A stretch of DNA of 64,000 nt. It comes from Nymphaea colorata. Taxonomy: Eukaryota. The notes under the pieces are model-generated. The model made no database searches, was not told the DNA's origin, and saw only the letters and a program-made list of their open reading frames with translations. Shown one piece after another: positions 25,309 through 39,113 of this stretch. A program made the translations under genes and the position numbers. Location: assembly GCF_008831285.2 (NCBI RefSeq), contig NC_045138.2, forward strand, positions 6,200,001-6,264,000, given 5' to 3'. Position 1 is the stretch's first letter, and every line of letters starts with the position of its first letter.

Positions 25309-26914
25309 TGTGGCCAGCAAAGGGTGCTCTTATCACACAAATGTACAAGCACACAAAGAGGAGGAGGGCCAAAGCACCAGGGGAGAGAATAGCAGAAATG
25401 CTGAGGAGTCATTCTCTCTCCTTGCTGTTGCAGTTGATGATCTGGTGCTACTTTTCTCCAGTTATCCACTCCACCTCCTCCTTCTCTCTCTCTCTCACTG
25501 TGTGCCTCTCTCATTAGGAAAAAACTGGAGTTATTGGGAAGTTCCATTCAGAGAACGTGTATTTTTTTCTTTGATGAAGTTGCAATGGTTGGTCCTTCAA
25601 GAAAATCTACTATTAATTAGAACAAAGTGTTTTGAACTTGGTGTTGAGTTTTCTTTTATGGAAATTATTATGACGTCCTATCCTTGGGGATTGGGTCATG
25701 AGCTTCTTTTGCTTTAAAAGGAGAAACACAGATGTACAAGTTGAAACACAATAGGGCTTTGCAGTAAAATCATGTCCGGTACCCTGAGAAGATGATGCTT
25801 TCAAGTATCTTGTTGGGTGACATGATAAAAGCCTCCACCAACTCTTTGAACAAATCACAGTGACGTTTCATTATGCCAGAGGCAGTTGCTTTCTTTCCAT
25901 TGGTTGAACACATAACATGTGCACCACATCATTTTCAGTTTCGTTAAATATAACCTTAATTAATAGGTTCACCACTCTGTGTAACATGCAAAACCAAAGG
26001 CCTTATGCATAACATAAATCATGGAGCAAACTTTATGAAAGAAGGTATCAGGATCGCAGAAAATATGGATGTTGCCTAACATTTAGATTCTAATATTGTT
26101 ATTGACATTGGATGTTGCCTAACATTTAGCAATACCAACTGTACATTCCAAAGTTCGATTATTCATATCTAAGTTTTACAAACTTTTTGCTCTATTTGAG
26201 AGAATAGGGTTGGTAGGAAGACCTCATATCTACCGTCGTTTTAGAACTTGGACGTCATAAACTTATGAAATGGAAAATATAGTAATTGCCTTAGACATAG
26301 TAATTCTTTATAATGTCAAAGTAATTTTCATAAAAAAACACAAAACCAATTCGAAACGCTCTGGTCTGGTTAGAAAGAGACGTTTGAGGACAAAAACATC
26401 TGCGAAATAGTTACAATACAGTTGTGGCAGTTTTGTTTTCTTTTTGGATACGTAACATTTTGGAGAGAATAATATTAGTTGCACTTCCAATCGTATCATA
26501 AACACTATTTGGCTAAAGTTTAGATCCGAAAGCAGTTAACAGAACGTCCGTTTTCCACATTAAATTCCTGGCAATCTCAAGCAACAAATTCCTTTGGACA
26601 ATTCATTAAAAGGATTGTTGTGCCTAAAACTTGTATTCGTGGTCGACCCCCACTTTCCCCTTTTGCTTTCATCACCATACAAGGTTCGCTGTATGATGAA
26701 AAGATGAACCTCTTAGGTTCAGTGCATTTTCTATCTAGTTCCGAGAAGAAAATTAACTGAGTCATGTCAGTTTTGTCCAGCCTACCTAGCAGCCTCCTAA
26801 GCTAGGAGACTTTAATTTAAGTTATATATTTTGATTCGTTGATGGTGTATATATACAAGCAGTTACATATATATCGTACGACATTCTAGAGTATATCTCC
26901 AGACTTGGTAATAG

Positions 26915-27240
26915 ATTAATAAAGAAGAGAATCAATTGGTTACAAGATAACTTACAAGAAAAGCGTTATTAACAGGCCCCTTCTTCACTCCTTGCCATAT
27001 TGAATGATATATCTCAAAATATGGATCTGGCAGACATAAATGAAGAAGAGAATGATCGATTGGTTATAGCAGTTAGTGAGAGAAATTACAAGAAAAGTAA
27101 TATCAACCGGATCTGGCTGCAGAGATTATAAATAAAGAAGAGAACGATCTATTGGTTATAGCCGTTACTGAAGAGAAATTACAAGAAAAGCAATATCAAC
27201 CTTATTCACTCGTTGCTATATTGAACGATATCTCAATATG
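26915..27240. repeat. Three imperfect direct repeats (AAGAAGAGAA...ATTGGTTA...TTACAAGAAAAG), possibly within a minus-strand LTR relic
   Basis: Units start near 26918, 27038 and 27130. Confidence 0.65.
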
Positions 27241-27569
27241 GAGAGAATATCTCAACACCTTCCTTTTTCTGCTAATTCGATTTTTTAGATGAATGAGGAT
27301 CAGCTAAAATTTGATGTGGTAGAGGTGTAGGGGTGTTGCCGAAATCCATTGGGGCGTTTGACAGTCATATATCGGCCTTGAGTTATGGAAGCCCATTCTT
27401 GCGATCAGATCAAGAAACTTGAATCTGGTCGACGCGAGTATATATATAGGTATCCACCTTCAAAGTTTCCAACACTTTTCGTGGAAAAAAAGATGATATG
27501 AACATAAAAGGAAACTAGGTCCTAAAACTAATCGAATACACAAGACGAGCAAGAAATGAGAGTTGGAAC

Positions 27570-29760
27570 ACGAAATGCTATATTCTTCAATTAGAATACA
27601 ATTGCTAAGGACACAAGTTAGAAAAGATGATTCCAAAACTTTATCAAGCCTTCTTCAATCCTCCATTTAACGCTATTGGCAATTCCTTTCTAGCTATTGG
27701 AGAGGCATTTAAGGAACCATAACCAAGAGGAGTTCTTGAATATGTCATGAGACCAGAAAGTGTCATTTCAGAGGTAATTCTTAAGAACAAATTTGGCCTG
27801 GGCTTAATTTGAAGCAAACCTGCAAAGCAAGAAAAGCAATTTGATTTTGACTAATTTCACAAACATAATTAATGTCTGCCCTACCTTCCTTAATCAAATG
27901 ACTGATCACATTCCAAGAAATGAGATGTCTGAATCCAGTCTGAGAAGAGGAGTCCCAAAGGAAGGAAGATATGGGAGATTAGATTTCTTTAATGACCCCT
28001 CACAAGAAGACGGAATACTACTGCCCAATATTGAATAATGTAAATTATTACATGATTTATAAGGCACAACCTGCCAAAAAACAAGACGAGCCTTCACTTC
28101 CAACTGGCATGCTGCTTGTTAACTTTGAGAATTATGCACTCACACCATTCCTCACGCAACCGGTCATGGAACAGTGAGACTCGAAGGTAACAAATAGAAA
28201 AACTCCTGACCAACCAATCTTGCACAGAGCTAATCCAGAGGACCATCAAATCCTCCACATGAAATGGACATACTGACTGGAGTTAATCCTAAGCCCCACG
28301 CAATTGGACAACTTCTCCAACATAGATTCCCCCATTTTCAAGGGATTGACCTTTGCCCAAAAAAATAGCAGCACAACACACATGAAGGAGACTATCACTG
28401 AACACTTACCCTCACGGGGTGTGCGAAAAAAACTCTTATCTCTAGCATATTCATTGACAAGCCTAAAGAAGGCCTCTATGACAATAATAAAAAGATAAGG
28501 GGAAAATGGTCACCCAGCCTCATACCTCGTTTGAGGTTAAAAAACTTACCTGGGCTACCATTCGCCAAAACTTCTGCCAAAGCAATAGAGATATTGGTGA
28601 AAACTCTATTTCAACATTCTTAATTAAACTATACATGTAATAGGGTAGATATAAGGAACAACCAATTCACCCTGTCATAAGACTGAGAGATCAAGTTTGA
28701 AATAAACCATTTGTTTCTTATCCTTCTTCATGCTATGAATGATCTCATGTGCAAGGATGATGTTGTCATGTATTTTTTTTAGCGGAAAAAACTGCTTGGT
28801 CATCTAATACAATCCTTTTGAGAACATTCTTCATTTTGTTGACCATAATTTTTATGATCAATTTATACATACTGTTAAATAAAGGAATGGGTTGGAAATT
28901 TTGAAGAGCTGGTACACCTTCCGTCTTAGGAATAAGGGTGATTTGTGTGTGATTGACCTTTTGAACAAGCCTTCTTATTAAAAGAACAACTGTACCACTT
29001 TACTTACATCCGCACCTACAATATGCCATTTGGCCTACAATATCCCAAAAGGATCGAAAGACTATACACTTGTGCTCCTCCAATGTGACGAGCTGGTTCC
29101 GCTCCTCATTTTCACTGCAAGAGACACATGGACATCCACTGAGCATGTTCCCTTCACCTTTTTCGATTCCAAGGAGCTGTTGGAAGTACCCTGAGCAAGC
29201 TGTTAGGATGGCACGTTGATCCCTAATTATGGAGCCTTCCACCTCCAGCTCAGTGATGGAACTTCTTTTTCTCCTACTTCTGGTAGTAGTCTGGAAATAA
29301 GTGGTATTACGATCACCTTCTGACATCCATCTCACCCTAGCCGATGTCACCAACTGCTCTTTTCCTCATCGGGGCACTTCCTTATTGATCCCTCAGAATC
29401 CTCTCTTCATTTGCATCAACCTACCCTCCTAGATCATGAATCATTTGCGACATATTTAATTAGAGCTTTATGGCTTTGATCATAAGTTCAACTGGTTCAA
29501 GCAAGCTGACCCTTCCTTCAATGAGCTAGAGGCATGTGGGTTGCTTTAAGCTTTCCCAAAAACTTGAGCATGGGGCATCCAAAAATGTTCTGCCCCATTT
29601 CTGAGTGATCACAAGCTGGCATTCCTTCCTCTGCTGCAAACATCTAAAGTAATGAAGTATTTGATGCCTAAAAATGTCTCTTTTGTTGGGTTAGGTCCAA
29701 CCTCAAATGAGGACCCACCAAACCCACCCGCTCACTTGAGTGAGCGGACAAGGAAAAGAA
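27570..29760 (-). mobile_element. Degenerate L1-type LINE ORF2 (RT) fragment
   Basis: ARVRWMSEGDRNTTYF motif; RGMRLGD (~RQGDPLSP) at ~28500-28530; LPYLP.FGTPL (~LP.KYLG.PL); many disruptions. Confidence 0.88.
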
Positions 29761-30109
29761 GAAGGGCACTTGACGGTGCCCTATTTACCACTGTTTTGAA
29801 AATGAGAAAAGGGGGAAACAAGCCTCCTTGTTCAAGGCTCACCAGACCAGCAAGAAGGGCAGGGTGAGTGCATGCCAGCGGTGAAGAAGGGAGAAGGAAA
29901 GATGAAGAAAAACATAGTTGTGTGTTTGTGCTACTGTGTGGGTACATGTGCAGAGAGAGTGATGAAAAGAAGGGAAAAAAGTATGAACACATGGTGATTC
30001 CTTTTCTTATAGTTTTCTTATGCATTCATTCTTTAGGCTGATTTAAGCTATTCTCTGCAAGAAGAACAACACAAATTGATGTTGTTATATTGCCTCTTTG
30101 AAATAAATA

Positions 30110-30116
<7 letters not shown>

Positions 30117-30198
<82 letters not shown>
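30117..30198. repeat. (AT)n microsatellite
   Basis: Perfect run. Confidence 0.97.
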
Positions 30199-30201
<3 letters not shown>

Positions 30202-30682
30202 CTCTTGCCTGTGGTTTTTTAACACATTATTGGGGTTTTTTTCATGTATATTAGTGTCTCTTGTATTTGCATTATGTAACATATATTTTTGATATCTTAC
30301 TGCAACATTGGTGTTGGGAACTCAACCTTGTGCTAGCAGCCGGGTGATTTTGTTTTTCAGCAGTTTTAGTGCAGTCCCTCTTATAAAATCATCATTTTTT
30401 TTGGACTGCTATGTTGATGCTAAAGGCTGTTGTTAGTTGTTTAATTATTGGATATATGTATTCTTGGAGCTTGTGAGGGGGGAGGGGGGGTTTGTGACAG
30501 CATTTAGTGTTGATATTGACTGGTTGTTGTCTTAAGTATTTCATTGAAGGGGCAATCTATTTTACAAGAACTATACCATATTGTGAGTTCTTTTACAAGA
30601 TTGAAACAAGGTTTACTAGAAAAAACAACCATAATAAAGTGGTATTAGACGTTAGGTTTGTAGTTTTTATTCTTATTGAAAT

Positions 30683-33636
30683 ATGGAGTCGACCCCCACT
30701 AGAATGATCTCTCTAAATTATGCGACCATTGAGAACAAGAAGACAACGAATATGGCAGATTATAAGTGAAAGCTATTAGATAGGAAAACCATTGGTACCA
30801 TTAGACAATAGTTTGATGACTGTGTCTTTCATTTGGTATATGCAAAGACAACCGCAAAGTTATTATGACAGAAGTTGCATGGTCTTTATGAGAAGAAAAC
30901 AGTTGGAGACAAAACTTTCTTGTTCACGCAATTGGTAAATCTCAAACTTAGAGGAAGGGGAGTCTTGTGTCAAAGCATTTGAATAAAGTACATATCATAG
31001 TTAATCAGTTGTCAGCCATGAAAATGATGTTAGATAATGAGTTACAGACACTTTCATTGCTAAGTTCTCTTCCAAATAGTTAGGAGATTCTAGTTGTTTC
31101 TTTGGGCAACGCCACTCCAGATAGTATGCTAACAGTGAAGCATGTAACCAACAACATTTTAAATGAAGATACAAGAAGAAAAACTGTCGGTACTACTAGC
31201 TCATAAGTACTAGTGATGAAAGATAGAGGCAGACAAAAAAACCACAATAAATGACATGACAAATCAAAATATATGCCCAAATGAAAGCTCAAGATGATAG
31301 GTAAATGCTTTCACTGTGGTATGTCAGGTCACAGAAAGAAGAAAAAGAATAGAAAAAAAAAAAAGTCAAGAGAGTGTGAAACCAAAAGAATACATTGTAG
31401 TTGCTTTAGATGATAAGGTAGAATTACTTTTATCTTATATGAGAAAAATGATTGTCTTATAGTTGAGAATGGTGATTCTACATGGATATTAGATACTGGG
31501 GCATCTTATCATACCACATAATGTCAAGATTTGTTCTCATCCTATAAAGCGGGTGATCTTGCAGTAGTTCACATGGACAACAGTGGCACTTCTAAGATTA
31601 TTGAGGTAGGGGATGTTTGCATTGAAACAAGCACATGATGTAAATTGACTTTACAAGATGTGAAACATGTTCCAGATCTTAGAGTGAATCTGATTTCTGT
31701 TGGAAAACTAAGTGAAGATGGGTATTGTATATCTTTTAGTTAGGTTGGTTTGAAACTAACAAAGGGGACATTAGATTTGGCTTTTTGTATGGTATGAAGT
31801 CTCGAATCTATAGTAGTGAGGTAATGCAATTACTAATAGTACTTTGTCAGATTTGTGTTATAGAAGGTTAGGTTACATGAGTCAAAGATGAATCAACTTG
31901 CTTGCTGGTAAAAATTTATTACCAAAGGCAGATGGTGTATAATTATCTCCTTGTGATAATTGCTTCGTTGAAAAGTTGTAGATAATCTCTTTTTAGAAAA
32001 AGCACTCTTAAAAAAAACTAAAGATATATTAGATTTAGTTTATTCAGATGTGTGTAGTCCTATAAATATGACATCTAGTGGTGGAACATCTTATTTTGTC
32101 ATATTTATTGATGAGGCATCAAGAAAGATGTGGGCCTTTTACAATGAAAATAAAAGTGAAGTACTTCATGGAGATTTATGCAGTAGTTGAGCGTGAGATA
32201 GGTAAGAAAATGAAGAGATTGTATACAAATAACGGTGGTGAGTACATAGTTTCTTCTCTGCAAGAATATAAACATGGTATTATACATGAAAAGGTAGTTC
32301 CCTATACTCCACAATAGAACCAAATAATTTTCTATCTTGCTTTATGTAGACTAAGCAATTTTAAGGAGTGGTAATGCAATACTGCAATTTATTTGATCAA
32401 CAAATCTTCTTCAGTGCCTTTAGATGGAGATATTTTACAAAGGGTTTGGTCAGATAAAGACATAAAGTGTGACCACCTCAGAGTTTTTTTTGCAATGCTT
32501 TTATGCATGTACCTAAAGAACATCAAACCAAACTAGATGATAAAGCTATTCTTTTAATATTTCTTGGTTATACAGATGATGAGTTTGGTTACATGTTATG
32601 GGATCCAATGAATGACAAGATCTATAGGGTAGTGATGTTATCTTTAGAGAAGATCAGACAATTGAAAATGTCATTGAAGGCAAACAGTTAGATGTGAAGC
32701 TAGTGGTGTTCATGAGTCAACCTATGCAAAACCTGAAGAACTTTCATCTGAGCATGGTGAGACTCATGAAAATGTAGAAGAGGAAATAGAGGCAAAGGAG
32801 CAGTATACAAATGACAGTTCTATGGAAACTCAAACTGATTATGAACATAAGTTGGAAGAGGAACTTCCTCATTCAAAGCCAATTGAAGAGCAATTTAGGA
32901 GAGGTAAAAGAGCACGTATTCCATCTACTAGATATTTTACTAATGAATATACTATGTTTGCAGATAGTGAAGAGGTAGAATCTTATGTAGAGATGTTAGA
33001 TGATGTGCATAAAGATGAATGAATTCAAGCAATACCGGAAGAAATGTATTCTTTATATAAGAATCACAGTTTTGATTTGGTAGACCTTCTAAAAGGTAAG
33101 AAAGTATTGCAAAATAAGTAGATCTACAAGCATAAAAATGAAGGCCAAGACAAGTTGAGGTACAAAGCCTAATTAGTGGTGAAAGGTTTCAAGCAGGAAA
33201 GATGTATTGATTTTGATAAAATTTTCTCTCCTGTGGTTCAAATGTCATCTATCTGGGTAATACTTGGTTTGGTGGCATATCTAGACTTGAAGTTGGAATA
33301 GTTATACATAAAAACTGCTTTTCTTCACGGAGATCTAAAAGAAAAAATCTACATGACACAAACAAAAGGTTTTGTAGCTGACAGGAAGAAACAAATGACT
33401 CGCACGTTAAGGAAGAACATTTACAAATTTAAACAAGCACCTAAGCAATGGTACAAGAAATTTGATGCATTTATGATAAATCAAAAATATTGTAGGTCAA
33501 CTGTAGATCATTGTGTCTAAATCAAAGAGTTGTCATCAGGTAACTTCATTATCCTGGTGTTAAATGTAGATAACATGCTTATTGTTGGACAAGATTGTGA
33601 ACTGATTAGCCAATTAAAGAAGGACATGAGCAAGTA
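30683..33636 (+). mobile_element. Degenerate Ty1/copia internal fragment (Tnt1/Tto1-like), truncated within RT
   Basis: gag LLDRKTIGTIRQ; protease WILDTGASYH; integrase YTNNGGEY...VPYTPQ; KLDDKA...FLGY; RT FLHGDL. Confidence 0.9.
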
Positions 33637-34910
33637 TGGGGTCTAGGATTGGGTTCAGGATCCAAAGATTAAATTTGAATATAGTGTTTTTGAAAAAAAT
33701 TGCGGTGATCACAAACATGCTTTTAATTTTTTTTTTTGCACAAGATTGAGATGCGAAATCAAAGGCAAGGCCTATTCATGCATGCACGTCGCTCAATAGT
33801 ATCAAAATTTGTTATTTTGTTCTCGACTTTGGATTTTGAATTAAAATTCTCGCTTTACATCTAGACTTTGGTTTTGGAACTAATTTAGATCCGAGAGAGG
33901 CTTTATGGGTCTGTGTTGCTAGTTTGGACTTAATTTCGTTTGTTGGGCTCAATTATGGTCGTTGGGCTCAATTATGGACTTTGGCTTCATATTTTGGATC
34001 ATGGTCTGTATTTTAGATACAGGACTTTGATTTGGATCCACATCTTAATCTAAAGTTGAATTTTGGAATTAAATCATACATTTGTATTCAGATATGGGTC
34101 TAGAAGTTCGTTTTGGATCGAGTGGTCGAGAATTGGATTTGGATATGGCTATAGAAGTTTGCCTTGGATCTAGGGTTGAAATTTGAATTTGGATACTAAT
34201 TTAGAAGTCTACTTTGGGTTGAGCTTGGACTCAGGGTTCAAAATTAGACCCAAATCACTATAATGATTGTTGAAATAACCGATAATCTTGTTTGAATGAA
34301 ATACAGTCCTTTAAAAAAAATTGGGGTGATAACGGATGTAGTAGTAAAATAGCTGTAAATGAATCAACTTTCAGATCTCTATGTATAGATGAAAAAAAAC
34401 TATATCTTGATGTATTATGTAACATGGATGTCGATTTTTAGTGTTATGATTGACATTGTATGTTGCTTAATATTTATTACTATCGATTGTGCATTCAAGA
34501 GTTTAGAGTCTTTGTATTTATGTTTCCTACTGTGCGTGTACTTTATTTGAGACAATAAAGTAGGAAAAAAGACCACTCATATTCATTATTGTTCAAAAGC
34601 TTTCATGCCAAAGATGTATATATAAAATGGGAGATATAGTGCCAACACAAAGGCAACAAATGATTTAAATTTGAGAGTTACAGTTGAAAAAGCTCATATG
34701 TTATTGCATTCAATAACAAGGACGAGAAATTTATGTTTTAATATTAATGCAATCATTGAATCCTGCCTAAATGTAGCATTAACAATTGTATGTTCCAAAA
34801 TCTTAGGAGGCTTTATATTCAAGTTTTTTCCTAATTTAAACTTGTGGTTTACTTGAGAGAGTATAGTTGGTGGAAAGACCCCTCATATCCATAATTGTTT
34901 TAAACCATAA

Positions 34911-36120
34911 AGAACTTTCTTAAGTCATAAAGCTTTGTCTTGAGGCAAGTCAAGTCCAAGAAGGGCGCTCATGAAAACAACTTTATTTAAGTTGTTGTTT
35001 AGAAAAATATTTTCAACATCTACTTGAAAAATAGGGCATTGTTTAGTAGAAGCAGCTGCAATAAGAGTTCTAATAGAGGTCATACGAGCAACTAGAACAA
35101 AAGTTTCTTCATAGTCAATCCCATATTCTTGAGCATTGCTCTTAGCGACAAATCTAGCCTTATACCTTTCTAATTTGCCTCCACCTCTAGTTTTGACCTT
35201 ATAGATCCACCTATATCCTAGGGTCGTTTTCCTTGTAGGTAAAGAAACAATTTCCCAAGTCTCATTACTTTAGAGAGCTTTAAGCTCAAGATTCACGGCT
35301 TCAATCCAATTTGGATATTCTTTAGTCTCACAATAAGATGAAGGCTGATAAAAATAATGATGTGCCATAAGACAAGCTCGGTATTTATGAGAAAAGCATT
35401 CATATGCAATAAATCTTTGGGATGGTCTAACATGCTTTTGAGACCTTCTAGGATGTGATTGATTAGTTTCTTGAGTTGCATGACTCCTTCCCCTATAAAC
35501 AATAATATCCCCAAAGGATCATCATTTGTAGAACTTTCTTTTCCAATTTCATCAACTTGATCCTCATCATTAGAATCATCATCATCACCAAAATCAGTCC
35601 ATACAAAAAACATAATCCTCTAGTTGCTTGGATTCATTCTTAATGCCATCTTCATCTTCCAAAAATATCACATTTCTAATAACATAAACTTTGTCCTTCT
35701 CAATATCATAGCATCTATAACCATTTTGTGTTTTTGAGTAACTAATGAACACACAATTGATGGCTTTAGAGGAAACTTTATCATTTTTGTCACTGAAAAC
35801 ATAACATTACAGCAAAAGCCTTAAGTCTATTATAATTTGGCTTAATATTGTATAATCTTTCAAATGGAGAAATATGTTTCAAGATTATCGTAGACATTCT
35901 ATTAATCGACTAGGATGATTTAGAACAGTTTCAGCCCAAAAATTTTGTAGGAACATTTTTGGATAAGAGAAGTGCTCTTACAGTTTGAATAATGTGTCTA
36001 TGCTTTCGTTCAGCCACTCCATTTTGTTGTGGAGTCTTTGGACAAGATTTTTGATGTAAGATGCCTTTGCCTTTTAGAAATTGTTCAAATTCATTAGAAA
36101 TAAACTCACCTCCTGAATCA
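34911..36120 (-). mobile_element. Ty1/copia fragment (integrase core to RT N-terminus)
   Basis: DSGGEFISNEF...CPKTPQQNGVAERKHRHI; YKARFVAK...QEYGIDYEETF. Confidence 0.92.
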
Positions 36121-36621
36121 TTTCTCAACTCATCATACAATTGTATAAATCAAACTTCTTAGGCTTGTCAGAATGTGCCTTCTTCGTCAAAGCTGTTTTT
36201 TCCCACCTTAAGGAGCACTTATACATGACACTATTTCCAATTCTGTGTTCTTTTATCTTTCCATACAAGTTATAGTTCTTTTCATGTAGTTATAGCTTTC
36301 CACCACATAAAAATAATTTTGTATTTTTGTTCATTTTCATGAGCCATCCACACTTCAATTTCTACTACCAGCTAGATATTCCCATGTGAACAAGGGTTTT
36401 CGACTTTTCTCTAACATTTTTGCCCTTTTAACACGGATTAGGCTATCTTGAAGATTTCTTTCTTCTATGAGAATAGAAGTTTTCTTGCATGTTGAAGTTT
36501 CCTCACCAAATTGGACATATAATTCTCTCTTGTCCTTAGTGAACATAAGAGTACCATATTAAAAGACGCCTGACTTCTACAAGCTCAACAACAGGGACAT
36601 CATAGAACAGTATGATGGAGC

Positions 36622-36720
36622 TTAGGCCAGCTTTGCCAGAACATCAGTAAGAGCAAAGATAGTCTAAAATTAGTATTTCTCTACTTCTGTCAAGCTCTTT
36701 ATCTTGACTGCATGATCAAG
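36622..36720 (-). pseudogene. psbQ: Captured PsbQ (OEE3) terminal exon, two premature stops
   Basis: Acceptor GGTCAG| then [30 protein letters not shown]. Confidence 0.85.
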
Positions 36721-36905
36721 CTGACCAACAAAAGAAGTGATCATCAGAATCCTCAAAATAAACCAGACACATGTTTTCAAGAACACATGTGTTGCTGATG
36801 ACAAAAAAATGTGTCCTTCCTAGAAATGCCCCAGCTCATGGAATCTGAGCCTCAAAATACAATGTTTGAACCCTCAGTACCCATGCTTGATGAAAATCAA
36901 CTCAC

Positions 36906-37067
36906 CCCTGTTCATCCCCATTTCAATCCTTGTATTTTGCTTGACGCCATAGATCCTCTCCTCGTCAAATCTTTGCATATTTGTCCCTCCACCATAGGTA
37001 ACCATTGCTCTCTCCCTCTCTCATCAGTGTTTGTCTGCTGTGAAGAGAGGCCTTGCAAAGCAGCCAT
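36906..37067 (-). pseudogene. Unidentified 162-nt exon-like segment, copy 2 (one stop), in phase with the PsbQ exon across a 185-nt GT-AG intron
   Basis: ATG at 37067; donor GGG|GTGAGT; intron 36905-36721. Confidence 0.45.
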
Positions 37068-37285
37068 ATTTTTGTGTATGTTTGTGAAGGTGGAGTAGTG
37101 ATTCTGGAAGAGTGAAGGCTTTTTGTGCAGGCCTGTGAGAGAAGGAGAGGTGGTTCTCTTTGTTGGTCACAGAACTATTTCAACATAAGGGTTTTGAAGC
37201 TCTAGTAATGGTGAAGGTGAGATTTAGGCCCTTTTCCTCCTCGTTTTCTTGTTTAGGATATGATTCATCAAGGAAAATTCCTTTA

Positions 37286-37708
37286 TTCTTATCTGCTAAA
37301 AGTTCTTCCTCATCATCGTCACCATCGTCAGTTGCTGTATTCAGGTACACCCTAATTTTTCTACTTTGTGCTTGCACTCTGTGTAGCTGGGTCTTTTATG
37401 ATTGCCTTCATTCTCTCACACTGCCCTTCCCTTTCTTGGATCAAACAGTTCCAGATTTTCCATCTCGATCTGAGAATTGTCGGGAGGGATTTCTAGCCGT
37501 TGGTTGGATCGTACCCAGCTCATTCCCCTTTTCCTGTTTTCCTGGCACCGTTTGATCCAAGAAAGAGGAGGGAAATGTGAGAGGAAGAAAGCAAGTAGAA
37601 AACCCATATGTACTGAGTACAGGCAAAAAATGGAGAAATTAAGGTTTACTTGATTACAAAAACTGACGATGGTGACGATGATGAGGGAAAACTTGTAGCA
37701 GAGAAGGA
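37286..37708. repeat. HP1 inverted repeat, copy 2 (arms 37286-37455 / 37541-37708)
   Basis: CCTCATCATCGTCACCATCGTCAGTT pairs perfectly with AACTGACGATGGTGACGATGATGAGG. Confidence 0.92.
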
Positions 37709-38116
37709 CATTTTCTTTTGAGGCTCGCGTTCCAGGGGTTGGAGCTTTTCCAGGAAGGTTGACTTTTGTTCTTCTTGGACAGAATGATGCTTTGTTGTCA
37801 TTTTTTTTCTAGGCAGACGTGTTTAATTGTTAAAGATGTGAAAGTAATTTCCATCAGAAAATGAAAAAAGAGCAATTGCCTCAGACATTCTAATTGTTAA
37901 AGATCTGAAAGTAATTTCCATCAAAAAATGCAAAACCAAATTAAAAACTGCTCTGTTCTGATTAGCAGAAGGCTTTCAAAGACATTTGAGGACCAAACAT
38001 CTTGTAAATGTATACAAAACAAGGCTTAGCGCAACTTCGTCAAAGAAAAACAATGCACAATCTTTAAATGAAACTTCCCAATAACCCAAGTTTTACCCTA
38101 ATGTGTCTATGGGAGA

Positions 38117-38154
<38 letters not shown>

Positions 38155-38850
38155 ATGAGGTGGAGTGGCCACCGCGAGAGAAGGAGCGTCAGATCATCAA
38201 TGGCCACGGTGGGGAGACATTGAAAGTAGAGGTCAGAGCAATATTCATGACAATTCTGAATAGGTGGAAAGCGCAAACTGTCTTTCTGTATTCAATAATT
38301 TGAGAAGAGAAACGTTACTAGAAAAGAAAATGCAAGAGCGTGGGATAAACACAACATTGAAAGTACATGTCATTGCTACGACTGATTTCGCAAGAACTTT
38401 TTAAAACTGGTGCTCACTTCCAAGCTTGTCAGGATGTGAATACCCTGTCAAAACGGTTTTTCCCCACGTTAAGGAGCACTTATACGTGACACTTTTCAAT
38501 TCTGTGTTTATTTTTTCAGACAAGTAATAGTTCTTTTCATATAGTTATAGCTTGCCACTACATGAAAATAATTTTGCATTTTTGTTCCTTTTGATGAGTC
38601 ATCCATACCTCAATTTCTACTTCTAGCTAGATATTTCCATATGAACAAGGGTTTTCGACTTTTCACTAACATTTTTTCACTTTTAACGCTGATTAGGCTA
38701 TCTTGAAGTTTTCTTGCATGTTGAAGTTTCCTCACCAAATTGAACATATGATTCTCTCTTGTCCATAGTGAACATAAGAGTACCATATTAAAGGATGTCG
38801 ACTTCTACAAGCTCACCAACAGGGATGTGACAGAACAGAATCCGTGGAGC

Positions 38851-38949
38851 TTAGACCAGCTTTCCCAGAACATCATTAAGAGCGGAGATGGTCTGAAAGT
38901 AGTATTTCTCTACTTCCGGCAAGCTCTTTATCTTGACTGCATGATCAAA
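38851..38949 (-). pseudogene. psbQ: Captured PsbQ terminal exon, open frame
   Basis: [38 protein letters not shown] matches the 32-residue PsbQ C-terminus ([27 protein letters not shown]), recognised from family knowledge. Confidence 0.88.
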
Positions 38950-39113
38950 CTGACCAACAGAAGAAGTGATCATCAGAATCCTCGAAATAAACCAGACACA
39001 AGTTTTCAGGAACACATGTGTTGCTGACAACAAAAAAATGTGTCCTTCCTAGAAACGCCCCAGCTCATGGTATGTGAGCCTCAAAATAAAATGTTCGAAC
39101 ACTCAGTACCCTT

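Larger units (their letters stand above)
31425..38220 (+). repeat. Segmental duplication unit B, collinear with ~47716-54317
   Basis: Identical or near-identical ORF peptides at 32503/48798 and 35293/51546; same junctions between copia fragments. Confidence 0.93.

Noticed and set aside
24584..25547. ORFs with IYIYIY runs (also 30085, 42313, 58344)
   Set aside because: Translations of (AT)n microsatellites
26915..27240. Repeat-spacer-like pattern considered as a CRISPR-like array
   Set aside because: Eukaryotic context, units are degenerate and unequal, no unique spacers and no cas genes
37509..37528. TCGTACCCAGCTCATTCCCC in the HP1 loop resembles miR166
   Set aside because: About 3 mismatches plus a gap, lies in the loop rather than the stem, and no miR166* partner
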